Shown piece by piece: positions 1-6,897 of a stretch of 44,047 bases of DNA (the stretch's first letter is position 1; every line of letters begins with the position of its first letter). The notes under the pieces were generated by a model. That model saw nothing but the letters and a program-made list of their open reading frames with translations, was not told the origin of the DNA and ran no database searches. The stretch comes from a virus (taxonomy: Duplodnaviria; Caudoviricetes). Location of the stretch: positions 1 to 44,047 of IMG/VR virus record IMGVR_UViG_3300048857_000003. One strand, given 5' to 3'. The position numbers and the translations under genes were made by a program.

Positions 1-88
1 CTAGTAGCTCCGCAGTGCTATCTGCGAACATATGGCACATCTTCATCCGGCCATATGTAGCGTTCATATCGTCGACATAGACGCTCAT
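1..88 (-). CDS. DUF4031-like phage protein, N-terminal fragment running off the window edge
   Basis: ATG at 88 overlaps the stop of the upstream ORF; MSVYVDDMNATYGRMKMCHMFADSTAELL resembles the DUF4031 N-terminus; not in the ORF track. Confidence 0.6.
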   Translation of the reverse strand, partial: MSVYVDDMNATYGRMKMCHMFADSTAELL

Positions 89-423
89 CGCTTCCCCTCC
101 AGCCAGCTCATAAGCCGCTCTACGTCCTGGCAGCGGAAGTGGTGGTAGCCCTCCGTGCCCTTTACATCTGCGGGGTCGCCTTCCTGCGCTACAGCAGTAG
201 CTCGGTCGTAGCCTTCAATCCATGCGCGCTCTAAAGCCTCAGCCTTTACATCTACCGACAGGCTGGACTTGGCTGCCTGCCAAGCCTTGAATGCCAAGTG
301 AGCTGGGTAGTCAGCAAAGCAGTTGCGCTCTTCTTGCCACTCAGAGGCAAGCCAGTGGACTTCACGCAGCCATGCCTCAAACTCTTTTCTGAGCTGTTCT
401 GTGGTTAGGGTGTGGATGGTCAT
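85..423 (-). CDS. hypothetical phage protein
   Basis: 112-aa ORF in a chain of ATGA-overlapping genes downstream of P. Confidence 0.7.
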   Translation of the reverse strand: MTIHTLTTEQLRKEFEAWLREVHWLASEWQEERNCFADYPAHLAFKAWQAAKSSLSVDVKAEALERAWIEGYDRATAVAQEGDPADVKGTEGYHHFRCQDVERLMSWLEGKR

Positions 424-665
424 GCAGGGACCTCCCGAGTCTTTTGCTTCTCAGGAGCAAGATCCCCTTCCAGAGGCATCAGGAGTGTCTCACCAATAGT
501 CCAGCGTCGACCGTCAATGTGCGTTGTCCAGAACGCTTGGATTGGCGCGCCTGGATACTCTGCTATGCCTTCGTATGCGCCCAGCTTGATGACCCGGCCA
601 ATCAGCGCAGGAAGAGTCGAGCATTTGACAATTAGTGCCAGATCGCCCGGCTTGAAGTTGCTCAT
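420..665 (-). CDS. hypothetical phage protein
   Basis: 81 aa, starts MSNFKPGDLALIV; overlaps both neighbours. Confidence 0.7.
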   Translation of the reverse strand: MSNFKPGDLALIVKCSTLPALIGRVIKLGAYEGIAEYPGAPIQAFWTTHIDGRRWTIGETLLMPLEGDLAPEKQKTREVPA

Positions 666-865
666 GCTGCCTTCTCCGCTGGACCCATGATCTGAAGGTG
701 ACGCTCGCAGCGCTCCTTAGCCTCTTTCACCGTGTCGCAGGGGTGGCCGATAGCCTCTGAACCTAGCCATGCCTGATAGCGGGCTTCATTAGCGATCATG
801 TACTTGGCGACCTGATAGCCAGATTCACCACGTAGCACGTATTTGCCGTCTGGTTTCCAGTTCAT
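662..865 (-). CDS. hypothetical phage protein
   Basis: 67 aa, coupled to the P stop. Confidence 0.7.
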   Translation of the reverse strand: MNWKPDGKYVLRGESGYQVAKYMIANEARYQAWLGSEAIGHPCDTVKEAKERCERHLQIMGPAEKAA

Positions 866-1527
866 GCCCGGCCTCCTTTCAGCATGGCGCGCATCTTTGC
901 CAGCTCACTGCGTACGGTCTCAGGCTTTGCTGGAATGCTTACCTCGGACGGCAGCGCCTTCGGGATTTCCTTCAGCGGCTCGCCCTTGGCTACCATGCGG
1001 CAGGCAATGTCGTAGTTCCGGTCAAACAGCTTGCGGCTCTCTTCTTCCTTGAGCGTGTTCAGGTTGTGGTAGCCAGTCTCTTTGGCTGCGTGCATGACAG
1101 CGGCATGTGTCCACTTGCGATCAGCAGAGGGATGGGCGTTGTTGCAGGCTTCGGTGTAAGCCTTTTCAGGCGTTGGAAGACCCAACATCTCGGGGGTGGG
1201 CTGGCACATCTTGATGAACTTGCCAACGCTGGGAGCGAAGTCCTGGCCTAGGTCCCGGCAGGCCTCAATGCCATACCGGATCTGATCCAATGAATTGATG
1301 CCAGCCTTCGCAAAGGCTTTGATCCAAGTAGCCTTCGCTGCTTTCAGAGCTGCATCATTGGGCCAAGCCTGCTTCCAGGCCGGGAAGATCGAGCACAGCT
1401 CTTTGAACAGCGCATTCACGACGCGCGCACTACCCTCATCCAGTTGTTGAATAGTAGAAATAACCGTCAGGTCTGGCGTGCTCGGCAAAGTCTGCAAGCC
1501 TTTGGCAATATCGATAGCTGCTTTCAT
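862..1527 (-). CDS. replication protein P (lambda P-like helicase loader)
   Basis: LFKELCSIFPAWKQAW...PSVGKFIKMC...LGLP motif pattern; ATG at 1527 overlaps the O stop (TGATG). Confidence 0.85.
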   Translation of the reverse strand: MKAAIDIAKGLQTLPSTPDLTVISTIQQLDEGSARVVNALFKELCSIFPAWKQAWPNDAALKAAKATWIKAFAKAGINSLDQIRYGIEACRDLGQDFAPSVGKFIKMCQPTPEMLGLPTPEKAYTEACNNAHPSADRKWTHAAVMHAAKETGYHNLNTLKEEESRKLFDRNYDIACRMVAKGEPLKEIPKALPSEVSIPAKPETVRSELAKMRAMLKGGRA

Positions 1528-2333
1528 CAGAACGGCCCCAAGTCTTGTGCCCAAGAGATGTCGTCAAAGTCAGGCCCGCTTGATTTCTGAACTGGCTTGC
1601 CATTGCGACGAATACGGTTCATTACCCAATCAACCTCGAACCCCTGCCAGCCAGCCTCAAGCGCTACGGTCATGGCGTCGTCACCGGATACACCCATACC
1701 TTCAAGAATGGTCAGCTTGTCATTCAGGCTATTCCAGACGGTTTCAGAGATAGGAGCGCGCTTGGACTTACGCAGGGAGAGGTAATCAATAAGGATCTGG
1801 TCGGATAGCCCGTGCGGGTTGTTAGCCATTAGGTAATCAATACCGAAGGCTGACGTCTTGGCTTTCCGCTTAACTTTAGGTTTGGCCTGAACAGGCACAG
1901 GTGTGTTTACTAACTCTATAGAGTTAGTAGTTTCTTTATTGTCTTTATAGTGTGCAGACGTATGCTCACTGAGCGAGACTATTTTTGCTGACTGAGCATA
2001 CGTAGGCTCACTGAGCGCTTTCTGAATTTTCCACTCAGAAATTGCACAAAGACCAAGCTTCCCACGGCTTCCACCAACGCGGTAAACCACTCGCTGCTCT
2101 ATCAAAGAACACACTGCTTTGGATGCCTGGGTGCGATCCATGTTTGCCATCGTGGCAATAACGCTTGCAGCAATACGAGCCTCTGCGACGTTGTAACCTG
2201 TGGTCAGGCGATGAATGACTAAAGCTGCCTTCATATCTCTACGAGAGAGATCGGCTCCAATGAGAGCCTCGTACAAGCTGTTGTCCATTCGGGTGAACCC
2301 CCTGGACTTGTCTAACGGGACGATATTTGTCAT
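1527..2333 (-). CDS. replication initiator protein O-like
   Basis: N-terminal GFTRMDNSLYEAL...IHRLTTGYN pattern; internal iteron-like repeats; lies upstream of P. Confidence 0.85.
   Translation of the reverse strand: MTNIVPLDKSRGFTRMDNSLYEALIGADLSRRDMKAALVIHRLTTGYNVAEARIAASVIATMANMDRTQASKAVCSLIEQRVVYRVGGSRGKLGLCAISEWKIQKALSEPTYAQSAKIVSLSEHTSAHYKDNKETTNSIELVNTPVPVQAKPKVKRKAKTSAFGIDYLMANNPHGLSDQILIDYLSLRKSKRAPISETVWNSLNDKLTILEGMGVSGDDAMTVALEAGWQGFEVDWVMNRIRRNGKPVQKSSGPDFDDISWAQDLGPF
1908..2017. repeat. putative replication origin: three GCT(C/G)ACTGAGC iterons plus a 22-bp palindrome in an AT-rich tract
   Basis: Iterons at 1964-1974, 1987-1997 and 2006-2016; perfect palindrome TACTAACTCTATAGAGTTAGTA at 1908-1929; inside O, as in lambda ori. 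Confidence 0.7.
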
Positions 2334-2363
2334 GATTCGTATCGCTTGAAATGTTGTTAAAGG

Positions 2364-2390
2364 AGCCGGTCTAGCCACCGGCTTTTTTAT
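2364..2390 (+). terminator. intrinsic terminator antisense to the replication operon (oop/t0-like)
   Basis: AGCCGGT-ctagcc-ACCGGCT followed by a T run on the + strand. Confidence 0.6.
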
Positions 2391-2423
2391 TGCCTATCGG
2401 GGCGAATTAGCCCTTTTTTGTCC

Positions 2424-2624
2424 CTAATTGGTCCCACACTTTTTAGGCGGGCCCAGTATCTGGGTCACCTTTGCTTTGGGGCGGCCTGCCAAGGTCAAAC
2501 CGCCCATTGCAATTGAGTGAATAACTACCTCTTCCATAGCCTCATTGAGGCTGAGCCCTCTCACCTCCATCAAACGCTCAATCTTTGCTCTTGATTCGGG
2601 CTTCAGGTCTTCAAAGCGCAGCAT
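2424..2624 (-). CDS. small hypothetical protein, possibly DNA-binding
   Basis: 66-aa ORF between cro and O. Confidence 0.6.
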   Translation of the reverse strand: MLRFEDLKPESRAKIERLMEVRGLSLNEAMEEVVIHSIAMGGLTLAGRPKAKVTQILGPPKKCGTN

Positions 2625-2643
2625 TTGGCCCCCTTTTGGCCCA

Positions 2644-2859
2644 TCAGGCCACGCTAGAATCTTCGCTGCTCAAAAGATCGCTATTCAGTAATTCCTCTAC
2701 CGCACCGTTCTCTATTGCCCACTCAATGAGTTCTTTCAGAAAAGTGGCGTTTTGCTTGCGAGCCCTAGCTGCCGACTTGACGATGATTCGATTAATCGTG
2801 CTGTTGAGGCTCACCTTGTGGCGGTTATCTCGCCGGTGTGCTGGGTTTGCGTAGCTCAT
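2644..2859 (-). CDS. small regulatory protein in the CII position (possible ribbon-helix-helix)
   Basis: 71 aa; AGGAG SD upstream; immediately after cro. Confidence 0.55.
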   Translation of the reverse strand: MSYANPAHRRDNRHKVSLNSTINRIIVKSAARARKQNATFLKELIEWAIENGAVEELLNSDLLSSEDSSVA

Positions 2860-2884
2860 GCTGTTACTGCTCCTGTACTACTGG

Positions 2885-3130
2885 TTAAGCTGCTTGTGTT
2901 GATGTTTCCGAGATAACAAATCTCTCGGGATAAATGATCTGGATCTCATTGAGGTAGCCATCGAAGACCTTAGCCAGACCTTCTGCTACCTCGTAGGTCG
3001 GCCTTTGTAGCTGGCGCTCGATACGGGAGAGGTTCCCGTTCCCGCAGCTAACTCCAAAGGCCTTAAGCCGGGCGCAGACGTCATCTAGCGTCCAGCCTCT
3101 GGCTTTGCGTGCTTTCTTTAAAGGAGTCAT
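2885..3130 (-). CDS. cro: Cro-like XRE helix-turn-helix repressor
   Basis: LKKARKARGWTLDDV...NLSRIER HTH; divergent from cI. Confidence 0.8.
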   Translation of the reverse strand: MTPLKKARKARGWTLDDVCARLKAFGVSCGNGNLSRIERQLQRPTYEVAEGLAKVFDGYLNEIQIIYPERFVISETSTQAA

Positions 3131-3160
3131 TGGGGGACCTCATGGAGATATACAGTTCGG

Positions 3161-3189
3161 ATTCTGTTGATTGCGCAGAATTATGTCAA
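3161..3189 (-). promoter_or_regulatory. PR-type sigma70 promoter
   Basis: TTGACA (3189-3184), 17-nt spacer, CAGAAT (3166-3161); overlaps an operator-like site. Confidence 0.7.
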
Positions 3190-3232
3190 CAAAAATCTGC
3201 GCAGCGAACTTTGATTTTTGAGGATCACGCAG
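3164..3232. promoter_or_regulatory. OR operator sites, consensus CTGCG-N5-CGCAG
   Basis: CTGTTGATTGCGCAG 3164-3178, CTGCGCAG 3197-3204, TTGAGGATCACGCAG 3218-3232; the same motif recurs at PL. Confidence 0.6.
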
Positions 3233-3246
3233 TCACGATTCGCCCC

Positions 3247-3879
3247 ATGGACATTGGTGCTGCTATTCGTTCTGCTCGGAAGAGCAAAAAATGGACTCTC
3301 GAAGAGTTATCGAACCGGGTCGGAACTGACACCGGAAACTTGTCACGCCTGGAAAGAAATAAGCAGGGGGCAAGTCGCGAGCTTTTGGCTAAGATATTTA
3401 GCGAGCTAGGAATTTCGCTTGAGCCTGTAGCTGCAGATGCGATACAAACGAATGTAGCTTTAGGCAATACCAATGTTTTCGCTGGAGGTTGGCCGATTTT
3501 GTCTTGGGTATCCGCAGGACAACTATGCGCTATGTCAGAGGTAGTACCTCCGCAAGCCGCTGAGTACGCACCTGGCCCGCCTCGGCCAGAGGGTGGCTTT
3601 GCGCTAAAGGTAGAAGGCGACAGTATGACGGCTCAGTATCCTGGCGCTCGCTCATACCCTCATGGCAGCGTCATCCTTGTTGATCCCAATAAGGAAGTGA
3701 CGAACGGATGCCGCGTCATTGCTTGCATTCCCGAGTCTGAAGAAGCCGTATTCAAGACCTATGTACTAGACTCCGGCCGGGCATTCCTTAAGCCTATCAA
3801 TCCTCAATATCCTACCTACGAGATCCATCCAGGTGTGCATATCCTTGGCGTGGTTGTAGGTATGTTTATTCCTGAATGA
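3247..3879 (+). CDS. cI: CI-like repressor (XRE HTH plus S24 autopeptidase)
   Basis: N-terminal HTH, VSAG cleavage site, VEGDSM catalytic Ser, VFK catalytic Lys; probable start ATG 3247. Confidence 0.92.
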   Translation: MDIGAAIRSARKSKKWTLEELSNRVGTDTGNLSRLERNKQGASRELLAKIFSELGISLEPVAADAIQTNVALGNTNVFAGGWPILSWVSAGQLCAMSEVVPPQAAEYAPGPPRPEGGFALKVEGDSMTAQYPGARSYPHGSVILVDPNKEVTNGCRVIACIPESEEAVFKTYVLDSGRAFLKPINPQYPTYEIHPGVHILGVVVGMFIPE

Positions 3880-4175
3880 AGGATGCCGTATTCTTTACGG
3901 CAATCATCCTATGCTTCGGTATGGCCTCTGGCGGAATAGCTAAACTGTTTCCTAAAGAGGCTATTCCCTATATCTGGATAGCCGTATTCATCCCCAGCGT
4001 ATTCCTAGCCATCACGCTTACCATGCGGCTTGATGAGAAAAGGCTGCGCACCCTCTCTGATATCAGCAAGGCATTCAAAGACGGCTCCGATCTGTTCCTG
4101 AACTGGGTAGGCTGCTCTCTACTTGTTGTGCTGGTAATAGGCCTGATCGGATTTATCTTCGGCACCCTCCAGTAA
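3876..4175 (+). CDS. membrane protein co-transcribed with cI (candidate exclusion/defence gene)
   Basis: 99 aa with three hydrophobic segments; ATGA overlap with the cI stop; terminator follows. Confidence 0.7.
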   Translation: MKDAVFFTAIILCFGMASGGIAKLFPKEAIPYIWIAVFIPSVFLAITLTMRLDEKRLRTLSDISKAFKDGSDLFLNWVGCSLLVVLVIGLIGFIFGTLQ

Positions 4176-4191
4176 GTTCACTCGTTCACAG

Positions 4192-4216
4192 AACCCGCAA
4201 ATAGCGGGTTTTTTTT
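4192..4216 (+). terminator. intrinsic terminator of the cI operon
   Basis: AACCCGC-aaata-GCGGGTT followed by a T run. Confidence 0.85.
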
Positions 4217-4248
4217 GCGCCTAAAAAAAATCCCCTAAATCTGCAATT

Positions 4249-4309
4249 CTGCGCTTGACGCAAATTTTATTCTGCGCATAATACAAACCATGAACTGCGC
4301 AACACGCAG
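4249..4309 (+). promoter_or_regulatory. PL-type promoter with three OL operators
   Basis: TTGACG (4255-4260), 16 nt, CATAAT (4277-4282); operators CTGCGCTTGACGCAA 4249-4263, CTGCGCATAATACAA 4272-4286, CTGCGCAACACGCAG 4295-4309. Confidence 0.75.
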
Positions 4310-4331
4310 ATTAAGGGGCTAAATGGTCCCA

Positions 4332-4343
4332 CGCTCTTTACAC
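4332..4343 (+). promoter_or_regulatory. boxA antitermination element (nutL-like)
   Basis: CGCTCTTTACAC about 45 nt after the predicted PL start; matches lambdoid/rrn boxA CGCTCTTTA. Confidence 0.7.
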
Positions 4344-4590
4344 AATTCAGAATCCCTCCGCAGTCCCGGCATGCCGACGAGGTTAAACAGACTGCCCTAC
4401 GGTGTGATGGTCAACGCACCCATACAGGCCCATGCGCTGTATGCGATCAAGCGTCAGTCACTCTGCCCTGCCAGTAGCAGCACAGAGGAATGGGTACGAA
4501 CCCGGACATGGAAGACGTGAGAGAGACAGTGAATTCAAGGTAGCCAGCTCGTGAAGTTGGCTATCACTTGTATCCACTGGAGATGACGAG

Positions 4591-4716
4591 ATGAACGACA
4601 AGCATCTGCAAGGATTTGAGATCCCGAAGAGAGATAAGCGTGCAGCGAAGCTGAGTCGCAAGAAGGAGAAGAAGATAAAGCTAATGCGCCTACAGGCTAG
4701 AGCGTTTGCCGCTTAA
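4591..4716 (+). CDS. 41-aa Lys/Arg-rich peptide, first well-supported PL gene
   Basis: GGAG SD; MNDKHLQGFEIPKRDKRAAKLSRKKEKKIKLMRLQARAFAA; below the ORF-track size cutoff. Confidence 0.55.
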   Translation: MNDKHLQGFEIPKRDKRAAKLSRKKEKKIKLMRLQARAFAA

Positions 4717-4753
4717 TCAACCTATGGCATCCCTATGCAATGGAGATGATGAG

Positions 4754-4945
4754 ATGAGAGAACAGAGCAAACTTACGCAGGATGAGCACGAAGAGCTCGT
4801 GCAGGTGCCTGTAAAACTAATGGAGAAAGCAGCTCGTCATGTAGGCGATCTGGCTTGCATTGTTATGGCAAATAACGGCGGTATGCCTAACACCATATTT
4901 GATGTTGAAGATGAGCTACGTGCGCTGATTAACACAGCAAGATAG
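4754..4945 (+). CDS. hypothetical 63-aa early protein
   Basis: GGAG SD with nearly the same initiation region as the 4591 ORF. Confidence 0.65.
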   Translation: MREQSKLTQDEHEELVQVPVKLMEKAARHVGDLACIVMANNGGMPNTIFDVEDELRALINTAR

Positions 4946-5013
4946 TAACCGCACCACCTGCCCCGCTTAAGCGGTAAGCAGTTCCCTGCCCCTCTACGGA
5001 GGGGTATGGCTTC

Positions 5014-5178
5014 AGGTTGTAGTGGTGTATGCGGTCGCAGGGCGCATTTTTAGGTGGCGTCAGTCATTGCAGGGGTTGCTCCTGAATAGGGCTGGCGGTG
5101 AACGCCTGATCAACGTTTCGATAAGTCCGCTTATAGGTCGAGGTTCAATTCCTCGGGCCGCATACACCAGTACAGCTT
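5014..5178 (+). ncRNA. tRNA-like structured RNA (cassette 1)
   Basis: ~23-bp closing stem 5014-5036/5156-5178; T-arm CGAGG-TTCAATT-CCTCG 5139-5155 next to 7-bp TGCGGTC/GGCCGCA; ACCA at 5166-5169; no normal anticodon arm. Confidence 0.7.
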
Positions 5179-5352
5179 GTGCACGTCAAGCCCACCGTGA
5201 CGAATAACGGAGGCAGCTAGAGCGTCATGCTCCTTCTGTTGCAACTGCATGAACACGGATATGTGGGTTCATCATGGGAGGGAAAGCCTGTGTATCTCGT
5301 CCGATTGCAGTACGTGATCTAGCCGACTTGCCGCCGTAAGCGGCTCCCCTTC

Positions 5353-5533
5353 TAGGTTGTAGTGGGTTGATCCGAATGCCCGGGCTGACGGGCAAAGAGA
5401 GCCCCGTGGTGATGTGGGCGGAAGTTGACCCAAACACGCTTTGCTGAGGCGGCCGAACGATTTGGGAGGCCAACGAAAAGACACACCAGCATGCCGGGAT
5501 CAGCTCCGGCCGGATCAACACCAGTACAACCTA
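5353..5533 (+). ncRNA. C4 antisense RNA-like element (cassette 2)
   Basis: GAATGCCCGGGCTGACGGGC and ATGCCGGGATCAGCTCCGGC hairpins with complementary loops (GCTGA/TCAGC) match the recalled C4 family pattern; closing stem 5353-5374/5511-5533. Confidence 0.75.
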
Positions 5534-5549
5534 TCCCACCTGAATACCC

Positions 5550-5696
5550 ATGACAACCCAACAAGTTTTAGCCGATGCCCAGCGCATACGGCAGCAGGCG
5601 GCTGCGCATGATTCTTTCGTCGCAGCGATGTTAATCGAGCGAGCGCAAAGGCTGGAGCAGCGTGCCCAGCAAGGACGTAGAGATGGTAGTCGTTGA
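5550..5696 (+). CDS. 48-aa ORF directly after the C4-like RNA (icd-like position)
   Basis: MTTQQVLADAQRIRQQAAAHDSFVAAMLIERAQRLEQRAQQGRRDGSR; overlaps the next start; weak SD. Confidence 0.45.
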   Translation: MTTQQVLADAQRIRQQAAAHDSFVAAMLIERAQRLEQRAQQGRRDGSR

Positions 5697-6114
5697 GATA
5701 GACCTTAGCGAGTACGACGAGAAAAGAAGCCGTATCAGCCTGATCCTATGGACGCTCAATAAGCTTGAAGATGGCGGCATCAAGGCCAGAGCTTGGTTCG
5801 GCGGCACTCATACATACGGAAATTTCTACCCTATCGAGCCTGGCACTCTGGCCCGTCAATTCCTCACTGACCGGCTAGTGCGCTTCACCTTCGCTGCCGC
5901 CGAGACAAAGGGCGTCAAGCCGCTCGAGTTTGAACCCGAAACTGCGCCTAAACGCCCTGTAGCAGTGCCGGACGAAGCCAAGCGTGAAGCAACCGTGCAA
6001 GCACTGGCTACCTACTTAGCACAGAGCGAGGCCCGCAAATACAGGCTAAGCCCAGAACAAACCCAGCAGGCGTATCAACGCCACCTTGACCACATGCAAC
6101 GGAGAGCAAGCTGA
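5683..6114 (+). CDS. hypothetical early protein
   Basis: ORF in the operon chain; start at 5662 or 5683. Confidence 0.7.
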   Translation: MVVVEIDLSEYDEKRSRISLILWTLNKLEDGGIKARAWFGGTHTYGNFYPIEPGTLARQFLTDRLVRFTFAAAETKGVKPLEFEPETAPKRPVAVPDEAKREATVQALATYLAQSEARKYRLSPEQTQQAYQRHLDHMQRRAS

Positions 6115-6356
6115 TGGACCCACTAGCTGCATTAGCTGAATGCAAGAAAGCATTTGAAAGCCTGGATCAGAAACTTCTGGAAGCCAGAGAGTACGAGGCT
6201 TGCAAGATTCTGGACAGGCTATTTCTCAAGACGACTTACGTAGCCCGACAGAACGCCGCTAATGCGCTCCTGTTTGCATTCAAGAAGGGCGACATCAGCG
6301 AGCGTGTGTTTGATCGGTACTGGACTCAGTTGAATGGGTATGAGGTGGCTGCATGA
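6114..6356 (+). CDS. hypothetical early protein
   Basis: 80 aa; GGAG SD; TGATG overlap. Confidence 0.7.
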   Translation: MDPLAALAECKKAFESLDQKLLEAREYEACKILDRLFLKTTYVARQNAANALLFAFKKGDISERVFDRYWTQLNGYEVAA

Positions 6357-6751
6357 GCAACATTAAAAGCTATGTAGTTAGACAAACATGGGGTGATTAC
6401 GAAGTCCATCTCGAGGTCGACTTTGACATTCTCACCCCCGAGCATGCCAAGAATCATATTGATTTCTGGTCTGGCGCAAACGAGTTCAGAGAAGCAGAGT
6501 CAGGCTCGGATGAAATGGCTCTGATACGCCTGTTCGGTTCTCGCATGATCCATCTAATGCTGAGTGAAGGTGGATCATCCTTCCAGCATGGACATACAGT
6601 TGGAAGGCTATGGACTGAGCAACTTCAAAATGAAGAAGGCTGGGCAGGCTATGACGGAACACCTTTCGGCAGGGTTGGTATTCGCGTAGTTGCCGCATCA
6701 GTTGATGGCGTCGGATTTGATGACGTAGAACTTGAGGAATGCGCGGAATGA
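6353..6751 (+). CDS. DUF2528-like phage protein
   Basis: YEVHLEVDFDILT...IDFWSG...EEGW pattern. Confidence 0.6.
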   Translation: MSNIKSYVVRQTWGDYEVHLEVDFDILTPEHAKNHIDFWSGANEFREAESGSDEMALIRLFGSRMIHLMLSEGGSSFQHGHTVGRLWTEQLQNEEGWAGYDGTPFGRVGIRVVAASVDGVGFDDVELEECAE

Positions 6752-6864
6752 CCTCACGACAGCATCTCCGCAGACGCCTGCTATGGCGCTCAGCCGCATC
6801 CGCTATCGGTATGTACGTATTCATTATCGGCAGTCTGGCTATTGCCGATGCTGTGACTCAGTAA
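6748..6864 (+). CDS. 38-aa membrane peptide
   Basis: MTSRQHLRRRLLWRSAASAIGMYVFIIGSLAIADAVTQ; ATGA overlap. Confidence 0.55.
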   Translation: MTSRQHLRRRLLWRSAASAIGMYVFIIGSLAIADAVTQ

Positions 6865-6897
6865 CTCCCCTCTTCTCAGCATTCTGCTGGAGACATC

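Noticed and set aside
3109-3246. N-terminal extension of CI in the ORF track
   Set aside because: It overlaps cro and the OR/PR region; ATG 3247 directly precedes the HTH
5014-5533. CRISPR mini-array, tmRNA or a true tRNA
   Set aside because: Only two units built from inverted arms with over 100 nt of structured interior, and no cas genes; too short for tmRNA; no standard anticodon arm
5022-5564. Short ORFs on both strands over the RNA cluster
   Set aside because: No SD or coupling, and atypical composition; RNA structure explains the region better
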